Assembly (NCBI RefSeq): GCF_964204865.1 | Contig: NC_135262.1 | Coordinates: 15,066,001 to 15,130,000 of the forward strand | Reading direction: 5' to 3' | From: Styela clava | Lineage: Eukaryota | DNA: 64,000 nucleotides | Shown here: positions 34,514 to 48,300 of the stretch, piece after piece | How the letters are laid out: each line of letters starts with the position of its first letter | How positions within the stretch are numbered: the first letter of the stretch is position 1 | Notes under the pieces: model-generated | Told to the model about the DNA's origin: nothing | Database searches by the model: none | Seen by the model: only the letters and a program-made list of their open reading frames with translations | Translations under genes and position numbers: made by a program

Positions 34514-35052
34514 ACAGGAACAACAACATAATATTGAAACAATCGTTATGTACACTGACGAGTCCATAAAACATTTGCGAACCTTACAAGATAAGTAAAT
34601 AATTTTCACGATTGCACTGTCCGTTTTGGGTTTGTATTAACTTGCTGCTGAATATTCAATAAGTAGGATTCGTGGTGGAGACCGACTATCAACCTAGGAC
34701 GAGCACTCTTGTTTCAAATATCTCAGTTATGTATCGAAAAGTATGAGATAGATTCTCTTTCGCCTACCGAAAGTATGACATATCTGAATCAACGGTGCGA
34801 GCACGTACCAACACTTTGTGTATATAATCAAGTTATTCATGATCAAATCCCGAGTGCACACTTCTTTTATTTCAATTACCTGAGGGTTAGGGTTGATGAC
34901 GCTATCACCTACCTTAGGCAGTTATTGAATCCCATCTGCCGTTCGGAGTGTTGGGTGTGAAATTTAAACGAAAGCTTTGGCGCAGAGGCATTGGATGTAC
35001 ATCTATTTCGATATGTGAGTTTGTGCCTGTAATTTTTTTCCATGCTGCGGAT

Positions 35053-35878
35053 TAGAGATGTATCGATGTATCGGTATCGGCCATTTTTTCGGTATCGGCC
35101 ATGTATCGGTATCGGTTGGATCAGGGCCGATATTTCCGATATATTTCCTTTTTTGATATGGTCCAGAATGTTTTAAAAGATAAGTTGAAATACTACTTTT
35201 TAATTTATTTTTTGTCCAGAGAGATCGTGAGCTATGAGCCATAGGCTACATGTCCCCACCCCCGCGAAGGAATAGGATTCACCTGTTTTTAGCTATTTAT
35301 CAGCCAAACTAGCTCAACTATTTTGGCTGTTTTCGCTGTCAAATTTTTATATTGACATTTTTAATATTACATAATATTTATGAAGAAATATATCAACACA
35401 GCACATAACAAAAAGCAACTAGGCGCCCAGTTTTAAATCATATACAGTGGAATTGGAGTCCTTGTTAACGCCACATGCACTTTGGGCACGGCTATAAATT
35501 CTGACTGTTAGTCGTCAAGTACGAGTGTCATTTAGTCCGTCGACATCGATAAACCAAATTCCGACACAATTATCCCTCTACGCAGGTATTAATTTTAGTT
35601 TTGTTTAACTACACAATTTCTTTATAGATATATTGACATGACCGCCTAGAGCCCTAGACTGTCTCAAAATATATGATAGCAATTGTAAAATATATATTAT
35701 AAAACAGTAAAGTAAAAAAACTTCCTCGACAGTTATAGGTAGGCACTTTTTTGACGGTGCTGATTGATATTCTTTCATGTTGGCTTTGATTTATTGCGGC
35801 GACAATTATGATCAACCACAAAATAAAATATTTGTGAAATGCTTTTAATTTGAACGTAGGGCGGCGGCGTTAGAATGT
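35053..35878. mobile_element. Truncated copy of the hAT element, duplicated together with its flank
   Basis: Shares left flank and TSD half (ctgcggat) with the 37877 copy; ~34900-35878 is a direct repeat of ~37631-38670. Confidence 0.85.
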
Positions 35879-35899
35879 TGCTTCACTGTTCAAATATTC

Positions 35900-36430
35900 C
35901 ATTTTCTTTCTCATGTGTGGGGTGAGCCTGTGGATATAATTAGATAACCATTTAGCACTATACCGTCCTGCTACATGCAATGTCACTGATTGCACATCCG
36001 ACATTATTGGCAACAAAGACATCAAAATCGAAATATTTTGCTATAAAATTTGTACTCACATCAGTTTTATCCACAGTAATTCTGGCCTTATCTTTGTGTG
36101 GGCAATCTCTAACCCAGTGAATACCTGAGAACCACAGATAACACATCTCGTAATTGTGCCATCTCTTCTTCTGGGGTTTGTGCCTCTTTCTCCGCTTCTT
36201 TTCCTCGGACCATTGCTTGGTGTTATTTTCTTTGATGTACTGCTTAGTTCTGCAACACAGTTTGGCTCGGTCTTCACAGTAATCACAGTATTAACTTTAT
36301 TGAATGGGCTTCGAAATATTCTTCGTAAATAAAGCTTTAACGATGTCATATTCAAGTTCACTAGTTGCAGTCAATATGAGCTGACGTTCTTGTTAAGAAA
36401 GAGCAGCGTCTTCAAGTAGTTTGAAGCAAA
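35900..36430 (-). pseudogene. Copia/GalEa-like gag-protease fragment
   Basis: FKLLEDAALS*QERQLIL; TNPRRRDGTITRCVICGS/HWVRDCPH (frameshifted CCHC knuckle); AISDIACSRTV (protease-like). Confidence 0.72.
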
Positions 36431-36606
36431 CTGGTTTTTTGTTTGTTACAAGAGTGCTTGTGCATATCAACAATAATAAACATTAATTCTTGTTGTGGCT
36501 GAAGCTTGTCATCTAGTCTTTCAGTAAAAGATTCTCGAAAATCTCAGAAACCGTAAAAATTTCGTCTAACAAAGTTCAGATTAAACTGATATAGAGCTGT
36601 CTTCTG

Positions 36607-37171
36607 TTGGAGTCATTTCTTATTGACGATTGTGTATCTCTCATCCATTTCAGTATGTATCAATCTCATTGCGGTATCAAATATTCAACAATATCCATTA
36701 TTCCAAACAAAGCTGATGGACAACATGACCAGATATGCATCGTGACCAGATATCACGCCACAAGGTAGACGAATTTTAACTTTGATGGCGTCATCGCACT
36801 CAAAAAATAAATTGAGGCCGCGATAGATATTCGGGACAATAAATATCACCCTGATTGAAAATTTAAACAAATATCAGTTTTATAAAATTTTAAACAATTT
36901 AATATATAACAATTTAGTAAAAGAAAAAATAGAATGTCGAGGGCTGTCGATGTCCTGAGGCACCTGCGCTTCAGCCTATCTTGCCTAATAACAAACTCGG
37001 CTCAGTTTATTCATGTTAGTAGTTTGCAATTACTCAACAAACATTGAAAAAACATTATGCATATATACAGCAGATTAGAACAAAATACCCAAATTTCAGG
37101 GAAGCAAAACTGCAAAACTTCGTGCAACTCCTTTGTTGCTTTGACGTATTTATTGTTTTTCTTTTAAAATA
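36607..37171. repeat. Right arm of inverted duplication (partner 33348-33874)
   Basis: Reverse complement of 33348-33874 with two small extra segments. Confidence 0.88.
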
Positions 37172-37176
37172 ACATA

Positions 37177-37431
37177 CTGTGTTTCCCAAAAAATAAGACT
37201 GGGTCCTATTTCAATTTTCTTCCGCAAAATACCACGTTATATAATACCACGTTACACCTGTAAATAACACGTTTTTATTCAAAATAAATGCTAAACATAG
37301 CTTATCAATCATTTAGAGCGTGTAGGAGAGACATTTTGCTATCAACTAGGGGAGTGCTTTTAGTGAAATGATTTTTAAAATTCAGGCTAGGTTTTATTCT
37401 CGGGGTAGGTCTAATTTTCGGGGAAACACGG
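37177..37431. mobile_element. Tc1/mariner (pogo-like) MITE
   Basis: TIR ctgtgtttcccaaaaaataagac / gtctaattttcggggaaacacgg flanked by TA. Confidence 0.75.
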
Positions 37432-37876
37432 TATATAGTTCGAATCTTTGTTATTATTTTCTGTTAGACTATTTTAAGGGTGCCGCTGCTCGATAACCTA
37501 TATTGGTTTTTCGCGGTTCCCTTCGCCCTGAAACGCATTTTTCATATTTAGTGTAATTTTTTGTATATCCAGTGTGTTTTCAGTATGATGAAAAAATAAA
37601 TTAATGATCACTGATTATCAACACATTGAACGCTATCACCTACCTTAGGCAGTTATTGAACAATTTTGCAAGTACCCTTTTCACGCCATAATGTGAAAGT
37701 GTGTTCGTCTTCAGGGCGTGTTGCTCGCCAGTGGAATAATCCCATCTGCCGTTCGGAGTGTTGGGTGTGGAATTTAAACGAAAGCTTTGGCGCAGAAGCA
37801 TTTTGAGTTAGCCATTAGATGTACATCTATTTCGATATGTGAGTTTGTGCCTGTGATTTTTTTCCATGCTGCGGAT

Positions 37877-39078
37877 TAGAGATGTACCGATGTATCTTTT
37901 TTCGGTATCGGCCATGTATCGGTATCGGTTGGATCAAGGCCGATATTTCCGATATATTTACTTTTTTGATATGGTCCAGAATGTTTTAAAAGATAAGTTG
38001 AAATACTACTTTTTAATTTATTTTTTGTCCAGAGAGATCGTGAGCTATGAGCCATACATGTCCCCACCCCCGCGAAGGAATAGGATTCACCTGTTTTTAG
38101 CTATTTATCAGCCAAACTATTACATTTACATTTACCAAACATTACATACAAACAAATTACATAATAATTATGAAGAAATATATCAACACAGCACATAACA
38201 AAAAGCAACTAGGCGCCCAGTTTTAAATCATATACAGTGGAATTGGAGTTCTTGTTAACGCCACATGCACTTTGGGCACGGCTATAAATTCTGACTGTTA
38301 GTCGTCAAGTACGAGTGTCATTCAGTCCGTCGACATCGATAAACTAAATTCCGACACAATTATCCCTCTACGCAGGTATTAATTTTAGTTTTGTTTAACT
38401 ACACAATTTCTTTATAGATATATTGACATGACCGCCTAGAGCCCTAGACTGTCTCAAAATATATATATGATAGCAATTGTAAAATATATATTATAAAACA
38501 GTAAAGTAAAAAAACTTCCTCGACATTTATAGGTAGGCCCTTTTTTGTCGGTGCTGATTGATATTCTTTCATGTTGGCTTTGATTTATTGCGGCGACGAT
38601 TATGATCAACCACAAAATAAAATATTTGTAAAATGCTTTTAATTTGAACGTAGGACGGCGGCGTTAGAATGTGTGGGCGATATTCGATATTCTTTTAAAC
38701 ACGAATACCGATATTCGAAGGTTGCGATATTAACATTAACTTCGAATTGGACATCCCGGCTTATGAGTTTTCTAATTGAACACCGAGATTACTAGCGTCA
38801 CTGTCCAATGCAGCTTAATCAGCATCTGGATACCAAACATCAATTTCATATTATGTGATATATATATCTCTTTTTTCGATCTGAAATAATGTGTACTATG
38901 AACAACGCTCAAAGACCATTGTTTTCATCCTTCTGCCCTACACAGCACACCCAATTAAGTAATAATTACATAGTATCGGTATCGGAATATCGGTAATATC
39001 GGCATTTTTGTAGTATCGGCATCGGCGTTTTTAGCTAGTATCGGTATCGGCGACAAAAGTGGTATCGGTACATCTCTA
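37877..39078. mobile_element. Non-autonomous hAT element, full copy
   Basis: Same family as 20113-21264; exact 8-bp TSD ctgcggat. Confidence 0.92.
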
Positions 39079-40390
39079 CTGCGGATTGGAATTTCCTTCT
39101 GTCGTCCGATAGGGCGCGTCAATCCTATGAGCAAAGATTATTATATCATATGGCCTATTATATCATATGGTATGTTTAGGAGAAAGTCCCTCTCTCGTTT
39201 CAGCTGTACCTGCATCGTAAGCTTTGGTATAACGTGATATCTGGCGTTGGTTCGCTTTAAAAATGAGATCACTTGCTGGTGGCTGTAGTGTAGTCCAATG
39301 CTTTCATGAAGCGCGAGTATTCTCCCTCACCCTGCTGCCCATATAGCTGTCTGGTGCAAGGCTGCAAACAGGAGTTTTATAGTTACTGACTGCTATATCA
39401 GTTCTTTGCATTTTGTTTGTCCGTTTAGAGTTGTTTTGTTTTACACCAGAGCAGCAGAGTGACCAAAATAAAATTGATTGATTGATACGTGCTGACGTCA
39501 GTACCATACGTGGTAAGATGATAAAACTACTTAGCTCAGATATACAGTCTGACAACTGGATAATAGCAGAATTCTGGAATAGGACTGAGTTTGGTTTTCT
39601 ATTGGTTTGCATATTTATTGCAGTATTAGATTATTGCTATTCGCACTATTTCATAGTCTAGGCCTGCTGCAAAATAATTATAGTTTATGTTGGAATGAAT
39701 TTTTGTTAAGTTTCATCAGTCACTAACTACAACGACAGAACTACTGTCAGACTGTAATAACAGCATATTCCATTATTCTGATATTGAAGACCTCTTTCAA
39801 CTAGTTTTTTGAGTACCGGTAATCTACTTGAGTTTTGGAAAACATTAAATCATAGGAATACTGTAATCTGGTAATACCAATGCTCTGCTGTCTGGCTTAA
39901 TAGGAATTAACGATTCTATTCATGTTGTTGTATTGAAAATCTATATGCTGATATATTGATATAGATAGACTACTATATTATGCTTGATCATTTGTAAAAT
40001 TTGATGTTGTTGTAAATTTCGTTTGATGGCATCCCCAAATGATGATTGGCATAACGTACTGACTTTGTTTTTGCTTTATTGGACCTTCTGAAATCAGTGA
40101 AAACCCAGTAGTGTTACTCCGATTCGGGTCCATAGTTCGTATTGGCCACATTTATAGCAGTTATATCAATTGAATTTTCCTATATAAATTCTGGGATAAC
40201 ATAGCTATTTCCCAACTGCATAATTATAGCCTAATTATTTGCAAGTTCGTAGACCACCTTTTCCAATTATTGCAAACTGTTAATTGTGACAAATATAGTA
40301 ATGGCTTTGTTTGTGCACCATGCAGGTCTTATATTTATCTTTGTTTTGTTATTTGTTGTGGAAGTTTTTCATAAAGAAAGTACATAGAAG

Positions 40391-40614
40391 ATGGCACCTG
40401 TACTGTCTGTTTTTCTAAGAAGGTAAGAACGTTATATGTTGCAATTATTTTGTGGTTTACTAAAGATTTTTACTTGTTTTCTGAATCACTTTTCAGGTGT
40501 ATGAGTTTTTTTATTGGGGTATTTTATCGACGACAAAGATACAGGTTTTTGGGCAATATATTTATGGCTATGTATAATATTGAACCATATATTCGGCATG
40601 AGACAGTGCTGTGA
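40391..40614 (+). CDS. Candidate two-exon 49-aa small protein
   Basis: aagATGG start; donor AG|gtaag at 40423, branch-like tactaa, acceptor ttttcag|g at 40496. Joining gives MAPVLSVFLRRCMSFFIGVFYRRQRYRFLGNIFMAMYNIEPYIRHETVL. No homolog recognised. Confidence 0.35.
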
Positions 40615-43600
40615 AAAAGTTAGCAGGCTTGGATGAAAAATTTTATGTTTATCTGGCAGTTTATTATTGCCTGACACCCATTCTGAAACCACATTCGCCT
40701 AATTAATTAAAACGTTTAAGATAATATGGAGTCCATGAATGTATTTGATTTTTCTTCGATTTGATTAATAAGAAAATACTAATTGGTTGACTACTATTTT
40801 TACTCAGCATGGTAACAGGTTTTAGTCTGCAATAGGAATTAAATGTTTGTTTCTCCTTCCAAGATAAATATATAAAAAAATATTATTTGGATCTGCGATC
40901 ACAAATATACAGATGGGAATTGCTGGTTGTTCCAAACGTTATTGCTTCACAGTTTGTAAAAATCTCCAGTATGTGTTTTCATACATAGCATGTATGTTAT
41001 TATGGTTTACTTAAAGCAGAGTCAATAGTACTGCAATTCTTATTACCAGGATGGATCTGTTGTGTGATATATGTTGCTGTTTACAAGTGAGATTTGACCT
41101 AATTTTTCCCATGGGGACAGTGGTTGGATGTCATTGGATGTTGGTTGCATGTCATTGACATCATTAAGGTCGAAATTGTTTTCGTGTACAAATTACATTG
41201 CAGTAAATGTAATGTCCAAAATTTTCCATTGTACATATATATTATCAAATAACCTAAAGTATCCAATTTCAGCTTTTGTTCACATCACACATATTCTTTT
41301 GTGTCATGGTTTCCAAAATTGTGTTAACTATACAGAAAACAGTTTTCGCATCATTGGATATGGTTATATTGACTTATCAATATGATAAATGAACACGAAT
41401 AACTTTCCATATTAAATAAACCATCATTACGCCCAACTGGACCGGTCCACTTTGTCAAAAAAATCATTTATTATAATAGTAAAATTTCATATTGAACCGG
41501 CGAAGCGTCATGACTCGGTACCCTCCTTCGTTTTAAACCAGTGAAATCATTCTCTCGAAAGTGATAGGTGACAATCCCCTCTTTCTCGACCAATGAAAAT
41601 GGCTAAATTCGGCGAAGAGTAACTATTTGAGAGATTACGCAATGTTCCTATCGCTTTGGTTCTCTTTGTCTTCACGTGCGATTTCGCAATCTTTTTTAAA
41701 TTTGGAAATAGTGACTACGTGCAGGAAAAAGTGCTTGGTCCGGTCTGCTTGAAATTGCGTAACGTTTTTCACCGTCGTCAGCATATTGTTGTACCCTCGC
41801 CCTATAATGTACACAGAATTGTCTGACAAAACAATGTAATAATGATAAACCAACCAAACAAATTGTTGACCAAAGCCGTTTGTTAGGCAATTAATCGTGT
41901 TTCATTTTGCTATGTCAAAAACTGAATATATATATACCCGGTATATATATATATCATGATAGGACGAGTCATTTTTTCATATACAACAATTTAGGCAAGT
42001 ATTTCCAATACTACAAAATGCGATATTAGATATCAGAAATAAGCACTTCTTCATCACATCACTTTTACAAATAATCTGTGTTGACTTGCTCACACAATTT
42101 AGGAAATAAATGATTATTGCCTCACATTCATCGCTGTCTCCACACCCCATTCATTGTGTGTTTCCAAATTGAAACAAGATAGCGATGCTTAAAGTATAAG
42201 ATTGCTTGGTGCAAAGTCACAATTATTTACCATATGCAATTGCTTTTCGATTTCTCGGTTTGTACTCTTGGGCGTAGGTGAAAAAGCGCTGCATGAAATA
42301 GTATAATATTTGTAAAGCGAACAATTACGGAACAATTGCAACAGTTACGAATAAAGCACCATTTATTCAAACTAAAAGTATTTTTTAAATTTTAAATTTA
42401 TTACGTTATTACAAAATGTTTCGTCAGAATGATTGGATTTTATTATGGTTTTTCTGCCCTCTTAATGATAGTCTGATTTCGGAATCATTTTTTAATAAGT
42501 CGAAAATAACTAAGAAGCTTATACTGCGTTTAGCGCCTAGCCACACGCCCTCATCTGCCCTGAATGTAATGGATGAAAAGTGGGCAATATAAATCTGTGA
42601 CTCCGATTGGCCGATTTGTTTGCGGAATCAAGACGGCGGCGGACTCGCCCCTTCGCCTCGAACTGAACCTTTCAATTAAAAGACGTATTCCCTTCTGTCG
42701 TATTTAGCCACTTACGGGTAATTGTGGCAATCTAACTACGTATAGATAAAAATAGTATTTCCTGTTCTTTTGATACTGTTCTTCGAAAACGCCACCCGAA
42801 TATCATCACACGGATCTTTGTTCAAAGCCACGAGAAACAAGAGTGAAGCCGTAGGCCTGGTCCGTTACTCCGAACCCGGTTGAATTATAATAAAGTATTC
42901 ACCTAGATGCAATATTTAAGACGTTATATGTAAATATATGTATGAAATTGGAACTTAATTATTCGGTTGGTTCAAGATCACGACGAAACTATTTTTGGTC
43001 GAACATTCAATTTGAGTTGTACTCACTCACACACACTTTTAATATATTTATTGAGTAGGACTTGTGAAAATATTGTGAAGTTTAACGTGCCTAAATTAGT
43101 TTCCACAAATCGTTCACAAATATGGTATACCATATCAATTTGCAATAATTTTTTTCCCAATTATTAAAAAAAAATCGTTATTCATGAATATTTTCGGTTT
43201 TTCAACAAACTTTGACGTCCATCTGAATGAGGAGATCTCCATACCATAATTTATATTCTATAGTCTCAAATATCATTATTTGTTGTACAAAAACAAAAAG
43301 TATAGATTCTGCATGAATGTATGTTTGGAAAGCTATGCTTACGATAAAGTTATGCCATGAAGACCCCAGCAGAAATACTCTGCTGTTTACTCGTTGATGT
43401 TTTGTCAATGCAGAAGAATTTCATACCGCAACAACAATACGTGACCTTGCAGGTATATTGGACGTGCCGACAGTCGAGAACAATTTTCTGGATTCTCCGC
43501 AGATTTTTTCGTCCAAAATTTGTTGTATCAAATGATGTATATTAACAAACTGATATTTTCTTCAAGGTTGTATTAGGAAAAAGGTCATAAAAATATATAT

Positions 43601-45304
43601 GGTATATTACAATAGTCTCTTTGTTTCTAACCAAATCAGCTATAGCTCGGATTTCCTAAGACTAGAAGCTGTCCTATATCTTATGAATTTATGATGTGCA
43701 CTCACTTTCAGATTGAATTATCGTATGTAACTCGGCACGCGTCACGCAAAATCATTTATAAAACCTTTTAATTAAATCCTGGTAATTCTTTGCCGGAGAT
43801 TAATTATGTCATGAAACCGCGATCACCATTAGCATTGTTCTTGTGAATGACCGGAGCCGTATTGCAAATGCCGGCCAAATGATTTTGATTTGTGTGTCCC
43901 ATTTGACCAGAATATATTTTCAGTTGTTGTCATTGGCTACGGCTAACCAACCCCCTGAATTACTTGTTTCTGGTTCCTCTAGTTTTGTCCTCCCAACGAT
44001 GACGAGGCGTTAAAATTCAGACACGCCTTCTGCTCGACCAATCAGGAGCCCTACGAGTTTACGTGCTGTTCCAAACTTGTTTATCGGCATGTCACGATTT
44101 TTTTTAACGAAGAAATGAAACTAATAATGAAATGCAATATTTTATTTATTTTTTATTGCATATTTCCTATATAACAAGCCGTGTGTTCCGTAATCTTTAT
44201 ATATTGATTTGGTATTCGTTGGTCAGTTTTTCATCGTTTGGCGTGCTCAGTTATCAGTAAACATTATTCTGACGAAATAGTACTCCGTATAAGGCGTGTG
44301 CTATTAACAAAATTAGAAATATGGTGCGTTTATGTGCTCAGGAGAAGAATAGCAAATTGAAAGTTGTTGAAACAAATAGAAAGTATTTGTTTCAAAACAC
44401 AGCGCTCTTGACTAGACCATCTTCTCATCAAGTATGTACATGACTTTGCGATCACCAGGCACACGCAATTCCATGGTGTAACAACGCCTATAATTCACGA
44501 TATTGCCAATGCAAGATTTTTGAAGCGATAGGTCAGTAGCCAGCAAGGTGGTCCGTGGGTGGGTAGACGTAAGCATATGTGAAGTTATTTTTTGTGTGAT
44601 GGTGTGTCCCCGACACTGACAGTACTGATTGAAGAATGTTTGGGGCATGATTGCCTATAGTCGCTGAAAGTATTTTGATTATTTAATTATATTCACTTCA
44701 TCGATGTTACTGGTACGGTTTTGAAATAGAAAATGCTATTTTAACAACGTAAATTTGCTATACATTTCCCAAATCTCAAAAACTGTGACGGCTTATTCAT
44801 ATCAAATAAATACTCCCTAATTTTTCTAATCGTGTAAAATATGAAAGTGTTATTACAGTAGACGCAAATCTGAACTGACATTTAAAAGCCAATTGACGTA
44901 ACAGGAAGTTTTAATCATGATGACTGGCCTCCATAACATTACTGTAATAATAAAATATATAAGAATCACCGGTTGTTGGTCATGAGTATAATACACCTGT
45001 GGTGTAAAATTGTTGGACTAGCGATGGCCGGCCAATGAGGAAACATGTCAATCAGAAGCCCGTTACAGCACGGTCAAATATAGTACCGGTACTGACTGAC
45101 ATTTTTGCGTCATCGCATGCCCTTTAGTAGTTTTTTTGTGATAAAGCATATCATATTATGGTTCGTTTTGGGTTGTACTCAGCTTTACGTCTATGTTAAA
45201 TCAAAGCCAATGTTTCATCGTTACATTTTTTGTATTACTTCATTACTTTACGAACATATGTTAGCTCCTTATATCTTTATAAATATACAACGAACTGAAT
45301 AAAA

Positions 45305-48300
45305 ATGGCAGCCGCTGATGTTAAGTTATCATCACACAATATGGCACCACCGCCAAAGAGAGCCCATCTGCTTACAGACGAGGATCCGTAAGTGCAAATT
45401 TGTCACTATTGTGGGCGTCATAGCTTCCTGTCAATTACGCTTTTTTGTTACACCTGTTCAGTATTGTCTCGCAAAATATGACGTCACTTGAGGAAACCAC
45501 AATAGTGCGTCCATGAGTACGTCCAGTAATTCAATACTGCTTATACTAAACTCGTTTATATTTGTAGTATATAAATATATACTACAAATATAAACGAGTT
45601 TATTACAAGCAGTATTACTCAAATTTGTGTGGATTTGAGGAAAGAAAAAATAACTTGGTAGCAAGTCACATTTTGGGCCATTTCAGAGAATAAATAGACG
45701 TAAATGGGAATGCATTATACTCAGCTAAAGTTGATTTTTTTATATATTCATATTTTTCATTATTATTGTCCATCTATGTCCTGTCCTATCATGACAATGT
45801 ATATTGTCGCACAACCTGTAAAATCATGGGAATGGGGTCTCAAATGTTAACCACTCAATAGACGCAACGTTCATTATAACTGCACCTTCCGTGAGTTGAA
45901 ATAAGTGGCCGTTCGCACTTTCCAATGATAATGTCAGATTGTGCCTAGTCAATAACCTCAGCTTGATCAATAACTTCATAAAAATGCTATGATGCAAAAT
46001 GTAATTATTATGTCATTTCCTCGACTCAATGCCAATGACAATCTTATTAATGACAAAATGCAGTTTTTGTTGATCAATAAACAAAAACGTGTTTCCATCA
46101 TTGCCATATGCATTCCAATGTATATATATATCATTAGAGATCCATAACTGTTACTGTTTATATAGATAAAAACTGGGATGCCTATGTCATGTTTTCCATC
46201 AGGGGGCTTGATAGTCATGGTTTGACCCCTCCACTGACCAAAACTTGAAATCCAGATATTCAGCCAATGTTGAGGGTCTTAACATAAACAGCTAGTTCAA
46301 AGTACAGTTATTATTCACAATCTTTCAATTGTTTTTAAAAATTTCAATTTGTCTGGTGCTGTCTACTTGACAAATGTATTTATTACCTTGTGATCAAAGA
46401 CAATATGAATGAGCATAAAACTGAGATCACAAATATACAACACATTATTTTTAATTTATTTTTCAGGCCTTGCAGTGCAGCGGTTCAAAAATTTTTTCAT
46501 GCCAAAAATGCAGTCACAAAAACATTGATCAATGGAATTGTCCGGCATCAACATAGCCAAAATGCAACTAACGTTTCACAATTACCAGATCATGTACAGG
46601 TGAATTTCATCGAAATTTTGTTCATATATTACAGGGAATGTCGCTTGTTGGTTCTTAAATGTTATAGGTAGAATACTATCTGAGGAAAGATACTATCCTC
46701 GCCAAATAATGATTCTCTTTCATCATGCCAAAAAACAAAAATTAGTAAAAATGTGTGAAGTGTAATGCAATTGTATTTCAATTTCAAAAATATTGGAAGT
46801 ACTGTCATGAGTGTCAATGATTTGCTGAAATTTATTATGTTGATTTTATATATTTTTATTACAGCAATATATTGATGAAAAAGCAAATTTATGCCAACCA
46901 GATAGTATCCATATTTGTGACGGTTCAAAGGAAGAAAGTGATATGTTTATGGAATCTTTAGAAAAAGATGGAATGGTCAAACGATTAACAAAATATGAAA
47001 ATTGGTGAGTACCATCTGTAAATTTTTTTTGACCTTTCTTGGAACAAGGCACTGTATAAGCAAGCTTACATAATTTATCACTCCCGAGTCCTGAGTGAGG
47101 TTGTTTGACCTTAAAATTGTTGACTTGTGGCGCTAATAAAGTTGGATCAAGCGCTCTAACCATTGCTGTCATGTCCATTTCGTATTCGGTAAATGGCTCT
47201 CTGTACAGGCAAACTATCTTCAAACTGCGGCCCATAAGATCGAGTCATACAGTCATGCCCATTTCAAATTAAATTGATATGTTGAGGTACAGAATAAACT
47301 CAGATTCCATAATGTAAAATTTGGAGACTCAGGTAAAGATATTCCCCAGTCTGTACAACTCCAAAAGGAATGGTGTTCGATTCTTAGTTACACCATACTT
47401 GACTTATGCCCTATACAATTTTGTGTGTGCTTAGTTACTTGAGTGTCTTTGGTGTGTGGCCAATTCCACTTACAGTTTGTTCTGGTTTGTGAACAGTATT
47501 CATGTCTTTCACAAGTGCTCTACCATGGCCACGTAAAACTGAAAGACCAATTTGTAATTAGTAGTTTATTATTACCCATACATTGTATTATAACTAGGGC
47601 TGGGAATGGTTAACCGGTTAACCGATTTCAGATGGTTAGCGGTTACGATTTATTTTAACCGTTAACTGACATCTTAGGTACAAATCATCTTCATACCGTA
47701 CGATTTCTTCAAATATCATTACCGGTACGGCGGTACGTCATCGCAAATTTATCTCTTGTGGCATTTAATTCAAAAGAATATCACTAACTGTGTGGGTAAG
47801 GACTCAATAAATGTGAAAAATAATGGAAGTACCAAGATTGCTGATTATGAAAATTTGACAATGATAAATTCAGAATCAGTTTTCGGTCGATTTCGAAATA
47901 TATTGTTCACGATTTCATTGCAAAATCGGATATTCAATGTCATACAACAAGTGCGCAGTTGATGCCGTTTTTCTTTATATGATATATATCTCGAAGTAAA
48001 ATTTGCACATCGAACACTGATAATTTGTCACATAAATGGACGTTTAACAACGGAATCAGGTTTCCAAAAATACTTCCACACCCCCGAATCACGCTGCCTA
48101 TCTCTTGCAACAGAGCAATCATGAAACTATCTCGATTTGTGAATAATTTTAATAAGCGATACCGGGATAAGAACACGGAAAATTGCTTTATAAGCATTGT
48201 GACGTAACAAGCTGAAATTATAAATTATTACGTCAAACGTCACGCGACGGTTAACCGGTTGATTTTACCCGTTAACGGTTAAAGTGTTTTCCCTGAAATT

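Noticed and set aside
40039-40091. C/D box snoRNA (ATGATGA...CTGA...CTGA)
   Set aside because: Only ~53 nt, with no terminal stem or recognisable guide; needs snoscan/Infernal.
46846-47235. 129-aa - strand ORF
   Set aside because: Antisense to PCK exon 3 and intron; no recognisable motif.
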